This document shows positions 44,435-52,245 of a stretch of 52,245 nt of DNA, one piece after another. The position numbers and the translations under genes are program-made. Under the pieces are notes generated by a model. The model was not told where the DNA came from, made no database searches, and was given only the letters and a program-made list of their open reading frames with translations. Position 1 is the first letter of the stretch, and every line of letters begins with the position of its first letter. The stretch is from a virus (taxonomy: Duplodnaviria; Caudoviricetes): positions 1-52,245 of the IMG/VR virus record IMGVR_UViG_3300046009_002352. One strand, given 5' to 3'.

Positions 44435-45047
44435 TTCCTCTTAAGTTTATTTTCCAATACATACCAAACCCATAATTTATTGATCCATCAAATCCTACAC
44501 CAATATTAGCTTGATATACTCTATCTTTCCTATCTTTGTAAATTAATCCGGGTGTTAATAATCCAGATCCACCTATAAAAGAATTTCCTCCTATATACAT
44601 TTGTCTTCTTGGATCTTCTTTCTTGACTATCGTTTTAGTTACAAATGGTATTTTATAATCTTTTATATATTCTCTTTTACCATATAACTTATTTAACCAT
44701 ACGGTATCTTTAACAACTATTGTGCCTAAACTATCAAGTTTGATTGTATCAGCGTATACAGTTCTAACTAAATGCTCTTTAAGAAGATTTTGAAATCTAA
44801 CCTTAGATGAATCACAATTATCACTTACCGTATATTTTTCATCTTTTAAGGGTATATACTTAACATCTGTTACTTTAACAGTTTTAAATACAGTATCTTT
44901 TGTTTCTTTCCATACTGTATCAGTTTTAACTGTTTCTTTAACTAGGCTTTCTTCATTTGATACACCACAACTTCTTTGCAATAATATAATTGCAACTAAT
45001 ACTGCGATTAACCAATAAGTAATATTGTTTTTAGTTATTTGAACCAT
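44421..45047 (-). CDS. Membrane-anchored lysis-cassette protein, spanin candidate
   Basis: N-terminal TM ending LLQRSC, (K/T)DTV repeats, C-terminal amphipathic beta strands; between holin and endolysin. Confidence 0.55.
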   Translation of the reverse strand: MVQITKNNITYWLIAVLVAIILLQRSCGVSNEESLVKETVKTDTVWKETKDTVFKTVKVTDVKYIPLKDEKYTVSDNCDSSKVRFQNLLKEHLVRTVYADTIKLDSLGTIVVKDTVWLNKLYGKREYIKDYKIPFVTKTIVKKEDPRRQMYIGGNSFIGGSGLLTPGLIYKDRKDRVYQANIGVGFDGSINYGFGMYWKINLRGNGNK

Positions 45048-45237
45048 GCTTTGCTTTTATTAATCGTTCTGCTATTTCAGTTGCCGCTTGTGCCCCAATG
45101 TAAATTACCGCAACCACAGTCCAGTTGTCAGAATCTATTTTTGAACTAAATAATGCAACTGACGCTATTGCAAATGCCATTAATTTTCTACTGATCCATT
45201 TATTTAAGAATAAATCAATTTTTTCTTTCATGCTCAT
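45031..45237 (-). CDS. Holin
   Basis: 68 aa, WISRKLMAF followed by two TM segments and a basic tail; MSM possible dual start. Confidence 0.7.
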   Translation of the reverse strand: MSMKEKIDLFLNKWISRKLMAFAIASVALFSSKIDSDNWTVVAVIYIGAQAATEIAERLIKAKHGSNN

Positions 45238-46202
45238 TAGTATACTTTATTTAATACAAATATATCACTATAGATATTATTTGTTACGTTATTACTTCCC
45301 CATTGCACTGTAACATCTAAAACATTGCTTATAGTTGTATCAAATGTTGTATTATTTACTGTATTAAATGCAAACCCCTCAACTACGCCGTTAACTGTTT
45401 TCTTATAATGAAAAGACCCTAAAGATACTATAGAAGCTGTTCCAGCGGTGCCTAATTGTCTAATTGTAAAATCAATATTTAAAGAAAATATATTATTAGT
45501 TATATTTGAAATTGGTTGCAATCCGCTATCTAATAATACAACTGAGCCAGCTTTAACTCTTACTCTAATAGTTTGATTATTTGCAGCATTTAAAACACCT
45601 CCAAAAACCCCTCTAAAACTATCACCTACTTTAAATCCATTTGCAGGAATAGTTAATGTTCCAACTCCTCCGTTTATTAATGTGCTTTCAACTGTTGTTC
45701 CTGTTACAGGCGATGAATTTGCTGTTTGTGCAAATAAACCATAATTAGTCGTTGCAGGTATATCAGAAGTTAATGCAATCGTACCTGAATTATTTGGTAA
45801 TGTATAATTTCTATTTGCTGTTATTGCTCCTGTAAGTAAAGTACTATTATAAGTTGTTCCAACTAATATTATACCACTGCGATCTATTCTAGCTACTGTA
45901 GATACTTGCGCGTCAGATATTACTAATCCAGAATCGCTTATTGCTAATTGACCATAGTCGGTTTCTGATGTATCATATAGGTATAAAGTTCCAATTTTAG
46001 CATCCTGTAATGATTCATTACCATTTGTTAGAACTTCATCTAATGTTGGAGCAAGATTTGCTTCAATAAAATTTGTTAAAGTCTCTGCTGTAAAACTAAT
46101 ACTTCTAGCTTCTCCACCGTCTCCGTTTTCAAATCTAGATCCTATTAATAGATCTGAGTTATTTAATGTAATAACTTTTGGATAACTATATATTATTGCC
46201 AT
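45237..46202 (-). CDS. Fibre / virion appendage protein
   Basis: MAIIYSYP N-module, TLDEVLTNGN, YTLPNNSGTIALTSDI. Confidence 0.7.
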   Translation of the reverse strand: MAIIYSYPKVITLNNSDLLIGSRFENGDGGEARSISFTAETLTNFIEANLAPTLDEVLTNGNESLQDAKIGTLYLYDTSETDYGQLAISDSGLVISDAQVSTVARIDRSGIILVGTTYNSTLLTGAITANRNYTLPNNSGTIALTSDIPATTNYGLFAQTANSSPVTGTTVESTLINGGVGTLTIPANGFKVGDSFRGVFGGVLNAANNQTIRVRVKAGSVVLLDSGLQPISNITNNIFSLNIDFTIRQLGTAGTASIVSLGSFHYKKTVNGVVEGFAFNTVNNTTFDTTISNVLDVTVQWGSNNVTNNIYSDIFVLNKVY

Positions 46203-46357
46203 TATTTATTTTTTAATATTTCTATTTCTTTGTATATAGCTATTAACTCAGCTTCTTTCTGAGCTATAAGTTCTTCTTGTGTTGGTTCGTCAACTTCTAT
46301 AAAGACTACCTCAACAAGACCATTGTCATTATATATTTCTTTTCTAATTTGTGCCAT
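46202..46357 (-). CDS. Small acidic protein, possible fibre chaperone (51 aa, missing from the ORF track)
   Basis: MAQIRKEIYNDNGLVEVVFIEVDEPTQEELIAQKEAELIAIYKEIEILKNK*; TAATG overlap. Confidence 0.65.
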   Translation of the reverse strand: MAQIRKEIYNDNGLVEVVFIEVDEPTQEELIAQKEAELIAIYKEIEILKNK

Positions 46358-46367
46358 AATATTATTT

Positions 46368-47819
46368 TTAAATTATTATACCAACAAACGGAACATTTAA
46401 TGTAGTCGGAGTTGGTGTACCAAAATTTAATGGTGCTGAACCAAATGTTGCTGATGTATAATATTGTGTTATTTGCGATGTTGTAGTTACATATATTGGT
46501 AATAATGCAGCAACAGGATATGCACTATATGTAAACACAGCAGAACTATGCGTACCAATCCAATATGTTGTACCCGCTGTAAATGTTTGTGTAGTAGATA
46601 CCGATTTTATACCTGTTGTGGAGCAATCTAAATTAGTACTTTCATATATTTTAGTTCCAGGAACACCATTGTTATCAGAATAAATTAATATTCTTGCATT
46701 TGCACCAGCTAATGAACTAGCAATACTTATGTACATTGCCGAACACGTTATAGTATTTGCTGGTATATATGGAGAAACAATTAGTCTAAGGGCAAAACTA
46801 GAAGTGCTGGTTGTAGATGTTGAATTTAAAGCTAATGATGTAGCTTGTCCGGCTTGAGGAACTACTAATGTATGTATACCTCTTGTAGATAGGTTTCCGC
46901 TTCCTAAAATAGAATTACCATTAACTGTTTTAATATTAGTACCACTAACTAAAGCTGCTTGCTTTGCATTCCAATCTGTTGAAGTACCGCCAGTAGCGGA
47001 TATAACTCCATTAACATCTAGTTTTGTTGACGGGCTAGCTGTTCCTATTCCAACATTAGTACCATTATCAAATATAACGCTGTCCCCTAGAGTAGCAGCT
47101 CCAGTAAATTTTGCTACATAGTTTGTAGTTCCTGATCCACTAATATTCCCTGTTGGTAGAGTTACCCAATCTGTACCAGTAACCGTAGATGATAACACTT
47201 GCCCGCTTGTTCCTGGAGAATTAGTTGAATCATAATACGCTCCTGTTACTCTAGCATTTCCTAAAACATGCAATCTCTGAGATGGAGCATTCGTTCCTAC
47301 TCCTAAATTTGTATTTTGGAAAAAAGCACTAGATGAATTTAATTGTAAATAAGGCAAACTCATGTTCTCTTGCCAATCGCCCATATTTATAGAATAATTG
47401 CTACTTAATATATTACCAAATACCGAGAATAAATCTGAATCATCACTGTCATAACAACTCAATATATAATTACCAGCACCAGGTACCAATGACTTTAAGC
47501 TTAGAACCTCGCCTGTTATAGTTCCAACTATTGATGTTCTTGCTATTGGACTAGTTGTTCCAATACCTAAAGCCGTTCCTGTATCAAATATTATACTATT
47601 ACCTAACGTGGAAGTTCCTGTAAATTTAGAAACATAGTTTGTTGTACCAGTTCCTGTAATAGGATTAGTTAATGCAGCTTGGCCACCTATATCGGATAAT
47701 AACTGTGTACCAGTTCTGTACTTTATATTTCCACTATCGGAAACCAGAAATCTATCCGTATCCGTTGATGCATTGCTTAATGCCTCTAAAGTTATTCCAC
47801 TTTTAAATTTTATACTCAT
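46368..47819 (-). CDS. Tail fibre protein
   Basis: G/T/S-rich; repeated GTTNYVxKFT..IFDxGT..GIGT..P modules; LVSGTNIKTVNGNSILGSGNL. Confidence 0.8.
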   Translation of the reverse strand: MSIKFKSGITLEALSNASTDTDRFLVSDSGNIKYRTGTQLLSDIGGQAALTNPITGTGTTNYVSKFTGTSTLGNSIIFDTGTALGIGTTSPIARTSIVGTITGEVLSLKSLVPGAGNYILSCYDSDDSDLFSVFGNILSSNYSINMGDWQENMSLPYLQLNSSSAFFQNTNLGVGTNAPSQRLHVLGNARVTGAYYDSTNSPGTSGQVLSSTVTGTDWVTLPTGNISGSGTTNYVAKFTGAATLGDSVIFDNGTNVGIGTASPSTKLDVNGVISATGGTSTDWNAKQAALVSGTNIKTVNGNSILGSGNLSTRGIHTLVVPQAGQATSLALNSTSTTSTSSFALRLIVSPYIPANTITCSAMYISIASSLAGANARILIYSDNNGVPGTKIYESTNLDCSTTGIKSVSTTQTFTAGTTYWIGTHSSAVFTYSAYPVAALLPIYVTTTSQITQYYTSATFGSAPLNFGTPTPTTLNVPFVGIII

Positions 47820-47836
47820 TTTAGTTTTTTATTATA

Positions 47837-49129
47837 TTATCCTACTTTAGTAACTAATACCCTGATCGGATTTGATGGAGCTGAATCAAATGTTACTACA
47901 ATTGTATTCAATGTATTTCTAGCCACATCTGCAAATATTGTTTCGTATGTAACAGTATCATATAACTGAACATTTACATCTCTTGTATTTAAGTTATGTG
48001 TTACTGTAGAAGTTACAGATATTGAAGTAGCATAACTAGTTGTGGTAGGTGTAGCTGCTGCAATAGTTATAGTATCAGTAGAATCATTTGTAGTAAGTAC
48101 TATTCCTGTTCCAGCTACTAATGTTAAAGTATCGTTATTAGTATCAGCAACTACAGTTGATTGACCTGCAACAGCAATATTCTTAAATATATTTTGAGAT
48201 GATCCTAAGTCTGTATTTGTTACAGTAGCTGTACCGCTAGAGTATGAAACACCAATACCCGCACCCGCATTTACATTACCAAGACCAACTTGTATTAAAC
48301 TTGCTAAGTTAGTATTACTTTGAACCACAGTCCAATCCGCTAATGTTGTTGGATTACTAACCTCTGCAATTAAGAAATCACCAACAGAAACACTTTCTGT
48401 GAAGAAGTTACCATCTGCTGTAACAGTAAATGCCCATCCAACAGAAATTCCAGGAATTGTAGGTGGTGAATCTAAATTAGGTGTATTAGTAGCTGCATTA
48501 TATCCTCCTTGATATATAAGTCCACCAACAACAGATGAATCAACATAAGCTTTAACAGCTGCTGTTGTAGGTAAAGTTGTATCATTACTATTACCAGGAA
48601 TACCTTCGCTTGAAGTTATAATTGCAACAGGATCCATCATTGCAAACTCTATTGCCCCGGCCGCTATTGTTGTAGCTATAGTTGAAGATCCAGCTCCTGT
48701 AACATCTCCTGTTAACGTAATTGTACCGCCGGCTACATAGTTAGGAATATTTAATACATTGCCAATAAGTGTTGCAGCACCAGACGAGCCAGTAGTGGTT
48801 AATGTTATAGGATCTTGTTTTGCATCCCAATATGCTGATGAAGTTATTCTATTATCATCAAGTGTACCTGTCCACCCAACAATTATATCTACATCTTTAA
48901 ATAAAGCATCAACTGGATTACCTGTTAATGTTAAACTTACATTCGTATCGTTTATTCTGGATAGTGTACCTGTCGGCACATTGCTTATAACAAATGCCGA
49001 TATTTCTCCCATACTAAAATTCTTAGTCTGGTTTTTTTGTGTTCCATTTACCGTTAAAGTAGTAGTACCAATAACTATATCTGAAGCTAGAATACTTATA
49101 CTATGCGGGTAACTATATATTATAGCCAT
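47837..49129 (-). CDS. Fibre / virion appendage protein
   Basis: MAIIYSYP N-module, ITLTGDVTG, PTTAAVKAYVD, YQGGYNAATNTP, VTHNLNTRDV. Confidence 0.75.
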   Translation of the reverse strand: MAIIYSYPHSISILASDIVIGTTTLTVNGTQKNQTKNFSMGEISAFVISNVPTGTLSRINDTNVSLTLTGNPVDALFKDVDIIVGWTGTLDDNRITSSAYWDAKQDPITLTTTGSSGAATLIGNVLNIPNYVAGGTITLTGDVTGAGSSTIATTIAAGAIEFAMMDPVAIITSSEGIPGNSNDTTLPTTAAVKAYVDSSVVGGLIYQGGYNAATNTPNLDSPPTIPGISVGWAFTVTADGNFFTESVSVGDFLIAEVSNPTTLADWTVVQSNTNLASLIQVGLGNVNAGAGIGVSYSSGTATVTNTDLGSSQNIFKNIAVAGQSTVVADTNNDTLTLVAGTGIVLTTNDSTDTITIAAATPTTTSYATSISVTSTVTHNLNTRDVNVQLYDTVTYETIFADVARNTLNTIVVTFDSAPSNPIRVLVTKVG

Positions 49130-49154
49130 TTATATTACTTTATTAGTTGTTTAA

Positions 49155-49463
49155 TTAGCACTTCTTTTTCTTCATAGCAATCGGTGTTGCTTTTACAACG
49201 GTAACACTTTTAGTTACCGGTTTTTTAGAAGGTGCAGGCTTTGTTTTAACTACTACAGCAGCTACCTTACCTTTTTGTTGAAAAGGAGGACGCATATTTT
49301 TATTTGCCATTGCATCTTTGGTATTCTTTTTCTCAAGTTTATTTTGAGATGCTTTCATTGTAGCTTTTTCTTTTACTTCTGTTTTTTTAGTTTCCTTCTT
49401 TTCGTGCATTGCTTTTTGCTTTGCATTCTTGTAAGTCTCTTTTCCGCCGTATTCTTTTATCAT
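49155..49463 (-). CDS. Small Lys-rich protein
   Basis: 102 aa, very basic. Confidence 0.7.
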   Translation of the reverse strand: MIKEYGGKETYKNAKQKAMHEKKETKKTEVKEKATMKASQNKLEKKNTKDAMANKNMRPPFQQKGKVAAVVVKTKPAPSKKPVTKSVTVVKATPIAMKKKKC

Positions 49464-49488
49464 CTTTATATATTTTACATGTTGTTAA

Positions 49489-49839
49489 TTAGCAATTCCA
49501 TTTATCCAACGCTAGCTTCTTTCTTGTTGGCTCACCATTAGGTTTTTTCATTGGCCCTGGCATACCAGACATTCTAGCACAGAAAGATTTTCTACGCTTT
49601 GCGTCTTTACTACCCGGTTTTAACTCAGACGGTTTTTTAGTTACCGCTGTTTGTAACTTAGACCCTGGATTTTCTTTTCTATAGCTGGCAACTCCCTTAG
49701 CATTCAATCCTCCTTTTGGATCCTTACCTTCTTTGCGGGTCCATGCTGCTGTTTTTTTCAATGGCGATTCATCACAAGAACACTTGTGACGTACCATTGA
49801 ATTATTTATTGCGGAATGTTTCAATATTGTTGATTTCAT
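49489..49839 (-). CDS. Small basic phage protein (DUF6321-like)
   Basis: AWTRKEGKDPKGGLNAKG..RRKSFCARMSG..ALDKWNC behind a leader ending ESPLK. Confidence 0.75.
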   Translation of the reverse strand: MKSTILKHSAINNSMVRHKCSCDESPLKKTAAWTRKEGKDPKGGLNAKGVASYRKENPGSKLQTAVTKKPSELKPGSKDAKRRKSFCARMSGMPGPMKKPNGEPTRKKLALDKWNC

Positions 49840-49847
49840 AATATTAC

Positions 49848-49859
49848 TATATTATTACT
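49848..49859 (-). promoter_or_regulatory. Putative late promoter AGTAATAATATA
   Basis: Recurring intergenic motif. Confidence 0.4.
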
Positions 49860-50498
49860 TTATGAATAAACAGGGATTAAAAATTGGTCACCTGAAGATA
49901 TATCATTTATTCTAATCCATTTTGTAGGAGTAATTGGGTTAGAAGGAACTACTGTATCTTGAATAAGTCCATTATCTGTAACTAATAAATTATCTGATTC
50001 CTGTAAACCAAATTTATTTCCTATTGAATTTTCAAAATAAACTCTTCCACCAGCAATAGCCTGAACCCCTAATTCAACCCCAGTACCATAACTACCTAGT
50101 TTTGCTGAAGTAGTATTTATTAGAAAACCATTATCATCTAAATTTGCTGAAATTTGAGTAGCACCAACATCAAGACTTGGATTTGAAAGATCACCAGCTT
50201 TAAAAGTTCCCGCAACTTGTAATGTAGTTGATGGGGTAGCTGTTCCAATACCAACATTAGTTCCATTGTCAAATATTTGGCTATCACCAATTTCTTCTGT
50301 ATCTGTAAATTTAGGAACATAATTAGTTGTGCCACTCCCGCTTATACCTCCCCCTGGAATATTAGCTTCAACAGTTTCTAGGACGTCGTCCATTGTATAC
50401 CATTTGCTTTGAGCCTTCATTGCTTTTGAACCACCATAAGTAGTGTTCACATTTTCATATTGATTTAGTACTTTCGCTGTACCTGGAATTATTGCCAT
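49860..50498 (-). CDS. Short fibre-like protein
   Basis: Shares the ISGSGTTNYV.KFT..IFDNGTNVGIGT module with 46368..47819. Confidence 0.7.
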   Translation of the reverse strand: MAIIPGTAKVLNQYENVNTTYGGSKAMKAQSKWYTMDDVLETVEANIPGGGISGSGTTNYVPKFTDTEEIGDSQIFDNGTNVGIGTATPSTTLQVAGTFKAGDLSNPSLDVGATQISANLDDNGFLINTTSAKLGSYGTGVELGVQAIAGGRVYFENSIGNKFGLQESDNLLVTDNGLIQDTVVPSNPITPTKWIRINDISSGDQFLIPVYS

Positions 50499-50522
50499 AA
50501 TTTTTTATTTATTAATTGTTTG

Positions 50523-50777
50523 TTACGATACATTACTTTTGCTAGATCTTCTAGCACCCATACCAACTTTCTTTTTAGCTGATACCACTTTTGTTTTTTC
50601 TGCCGCAGTCATTTCTTTCCAAGGTTTTGGTGATGCAGCACTAACTCTTACGGAAGGGCGACATGCTTTAACCCCTTTCCTATCTGCTGATCCGCATACA
50701 TTACCTTTCTCATCAGTCCACTTCTCTTTGAACCATCTTTTTAATGATGCACCTTTCTCGGTTTTTCGTATAGCCAT
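50523..50777 (-). CDS. Small basic phage protein (DUF5872-like)
   Basis: LKRWFKEKWTD..CG..CRPSVRVS..PKPWKEM. Confidence 0.75.
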   Translation of the reverse strand: MAIRKTEKGASLKRWFKEKWTDEKGNVCGSADRKGVKACRPSVRVSAASPKPWKEMTAAEKTKVVSAKKKVGMGARRSSKSNVS

Positions 50778-51067
50778 TACTTTTTGCCTTTATTTTTTCT
50801 ACACTTAGCGATAGCACCACTAGCATAAGCCGAAGGAAATACATCATAAGTAGCTTTTACTTTTTTATAACATGAATCTTTAACGGTTTGTTTCATCGGC
50901 GATTCAATAACCCCTCTACCAATCAAAACATCTTTACGGGTAACTTTACCATCACCACTTAAATCCTTTAATTTTTTCATAGGACTTTGACCAGACCCAG
51001 AACCAACCCAAAATCCATTATGTGTTTTAACACCTAATCCCTGAGGACCAATACCTTTTGCATTCAT
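50777..51067 (-). CDS. Small basic modular protein with two SPMK motifs
   Basis: Likely start MNAKGIGPQG at 51067; modules DLSGDGKVTRKD and CYKKVK..FPSAYASGAIAKCRK. Confidence 0.7.
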   Translation of the reverse strand: MNAKGIGPQGLGVKTHNGFWVGSGSGQSPMKKLKDLSGDGKVTRKDVLIGRGVIESPMKQTVKDSCYKKVKATYDVFPSAYASGAIAKCRKNKGKK

Positions 51068-51068
51068 A

Positions 51069-51344
51069 CTATTTTGTTTTATATTTTTTACCACTCTCCT
51101 TCTTAGTACCCTCACCCTCATTGCCTCTATTCTGCTTTACAGATTCAAACCTACCATCTTCATGGTCATAGTCCATACCTTTATTACCAGGATTCTTACG
51201 ATGCATTCTCTGTGAGTGTGCCTTCTTAATTCTTCTATCATCTGTTTTAGCATAAGCCAAATCCCTTGCTGCTTTCTTCTTAGCCGCCAACGGTGATAAC
51301 TTCTGCTTTAACAAAGGGGATTTTATACCTAGTTCAAATTCCAT
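51069..51344 (-). CDS. Small basic protein with HNH-like DYDH..NRG motif
   Basis: 91 aa, first gene of the late strand. Confidence 0.7.
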   Translation of the reverse strand: MEFELGIKSPLLKQKLSPLAAKKKAARDLAYAKTDDRRIKKAHSQRMHRKNPGNKGMDYDHEDGRFESVKQNRGNEGEGTKKESGKKYKTK

Positions 51345-51364
51345 AATACTCTTTTAATATAGTA

Positions 51365-51376
51365 TATACAATTACG
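51365..51376 (-). promoter_or_regulatory. Putative late promoter CGTAATTGTATA at the head of the late module
   Basis: 11/12 match to the motif at 1652; about 20 nt upstream of the first late gene. Confidence 0.55.
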
Positions 51377-51786
51377 CATCGGATCAAAATCTTACAACCA
51401 AAACATACTAAATAATAGTGTGACAATAGCCTACTATTTATTTACTTAATTAGCTAACGTCACTATTTATATTTTATATTGCAATACGGGATATGTGAAA
51501 ATATTGCATCAGATATATGGAACTAAGGGGTTATATACTACGTTCAGCTACAGCTTTCTGAAAAGAAAATGAATCTGTTTTAACCACCCCCGGGCGTATA
51601 AATTGAAATTGTTGGAAATGTTTTGCCTTTTCCGTTTGTAAATATGTAATGGTTTAGATATGCTAGGGATTGTACTGGACTTGCATCGTGCATGTTCATA
51701 CGTCTGTACCGTGATGTGATACACTTGTGCTGCGTTTGTATACGTTCGTTACATTGGGTTGTGTACCGATACATTACATACAACAA

Positions 51787-51858
51787 CACTTGCGGAGCGT
51801 AGCGTAGCATGTATAGCATACAGTAATAATACGGAGTGATTATGATAATATATATGAA
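51787..51858 (+). repeat. Early-promoter repeat unit, copy 1
   Basis: CACTTGCGG...TGTATAGCATACAGT..TAA.ACGGAG.G....TGATAATATATATGAA shared with 52174-52231. Confidence 0.85.
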
Positions 51859-51893
51859 TAAAGAAATTAATAATAATAAATAAATAAATAACT

Positions 51894-52085
51894 ATGATGA
51901 ATTTAATTAAAACAGAACTTTACATTAATGATCTTAAAGATCTATCAAAAGAAGAATTATTAGACTATATGAAAGAATACTGTTATTCTAGTTTTTCAGA
52001 AGATATTGAATATACTGAAGAAGAGATAGATAATGGATTCTTTGTTACAGAATTAGAATCAATAAGAAATTCAGTATTTAGTTAA
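51894..52085 (+). CDS. Small acidic early protein
   Basis: 63 aa, D/E-rich, with its own promoter repeat and downstream hairpin. Confidence 0.7.
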   Translation: MMNLIKTELYINDLKDLSKEELLDYMKEYCYSSFSEDIEYTEEEIDNGFFVTELESIRNSVFS

Positions 52086-52102
52086 CTGAGTTATATCTTA
52101 AT

Positions 52103-52125
52103 AAGGTCCCTTCAGGGATCTTTAC
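52103..52125 (+). terminator. Probable terminator hairpin
   Basis: AAGGTCCC-TTCA-GGGATCTT followed by a short T run. Confidence 0.55.
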
Positions 52126-52173
52126 TCTACCTAAGGTGGAATGGACAGGGAGAGGTGTGCTTAGTCCGCATAC

Positions 52174-52231
52174 CACTTGCGGTGTATAGCATACAGTCTT
52201 AACACGGAGAGTAATTGATAATATATATGAA
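52174..52231 (+). repeat. Early-promoter repeat unit, copy 2
   Basis: Matches 51787-51858; contains TACA-N5-AACACG-N10-GATAATATA at 52192-52225. Confidence 0.85.
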
Positions 52232-52245
52232 GTTAAAAAGTAATT

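Noticed and set aside
45237-50498. Diversity-generating retroelement acting on fibre genes
   Set aside because: No reverse transcriptase in the window, and the repeated modules differ at all base types rather than only at adenines.
15261-50808. Plus-strand ORFs in the late module (e.g. 17649..18209, 42520..42969, 37896..38300)
   Set aside because: Antisense shadows of long - strand genes with S/L/F-rich translations.
51069-51344. Mobile HNH homing endonuclease
   Set aside because: Only a short DYDH..NRG remnant in a 91-aa basic protein; too reduced to call an active homing nuclease.
51580-51819. 79-aa minus-strand ORF in the switch region
   Set aside because: Atypical composition, no A-rich leader, and it overlaps the promoter repeat; probably spurious.
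51787-52231. Repeats as a CRISPR array
   Set aside because: Only two imperfect copies separated by a whole gene, and no cas genes; better explained as promoter cassettes.
1-52245. Stop-codon reassignment or prophage context
   Set aside because: Genes are intact and densely packed in the standard code; no suppressor tRNA, integrase or host genes are seen.

Overview
A 52 kb piece of an AT-rich lytic tailed phage genome, probably a podovirus infecting Bacteroidota (Flavobacteriia). Its GroEL-bearing gene layout resembles that of Cellulophaga phi38:1-like phages. The + strand (1-10.9 kb) is a replication and nucleotide-metabolism module: sigma factor, ERF, PD-(D/E)XK exonuclease, SSB, primase-helicase, ThyA homolog, two all-alpha NTP pyrophosphatases, resolvase and class II RNR. 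The - strand (11-51.3 kb) is the late module: small basic proteins, fibres, lysis genes, GroEL/GroES, a tRNA-Met-like gene, terminase, portal, scaffold, capsid, tail and ejection proteins, and a 2965-aa protein. Early genes restart divergently at about 51.9 kb. Five signals stand out. (1) The thymidylate synthase carries the Asn-to-Asp and His-to-Tyr changes that predict dCMP specificity and sits beside two pyrophosphatases, suggesting a 5-methylcytosine DNA pathway. (2) The giant, probably ejected protein contains an HExxH protease, a sigma-region-2-like segment and a PD-(D/E)XK nuclease separated by recurring KFS/SKS linkers. (3) About ten small, mostly Lys-rich proteins share an [ST]P-hydrophobic-K motif and are encoded with a tiny HExxH peptidase. 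(4) A second, tandem double-GroES gene accompanies GroEL/GroES. (5) Two non-host promoter motifs recur. All functional calls come from motif recognition by eye; no database search was run.
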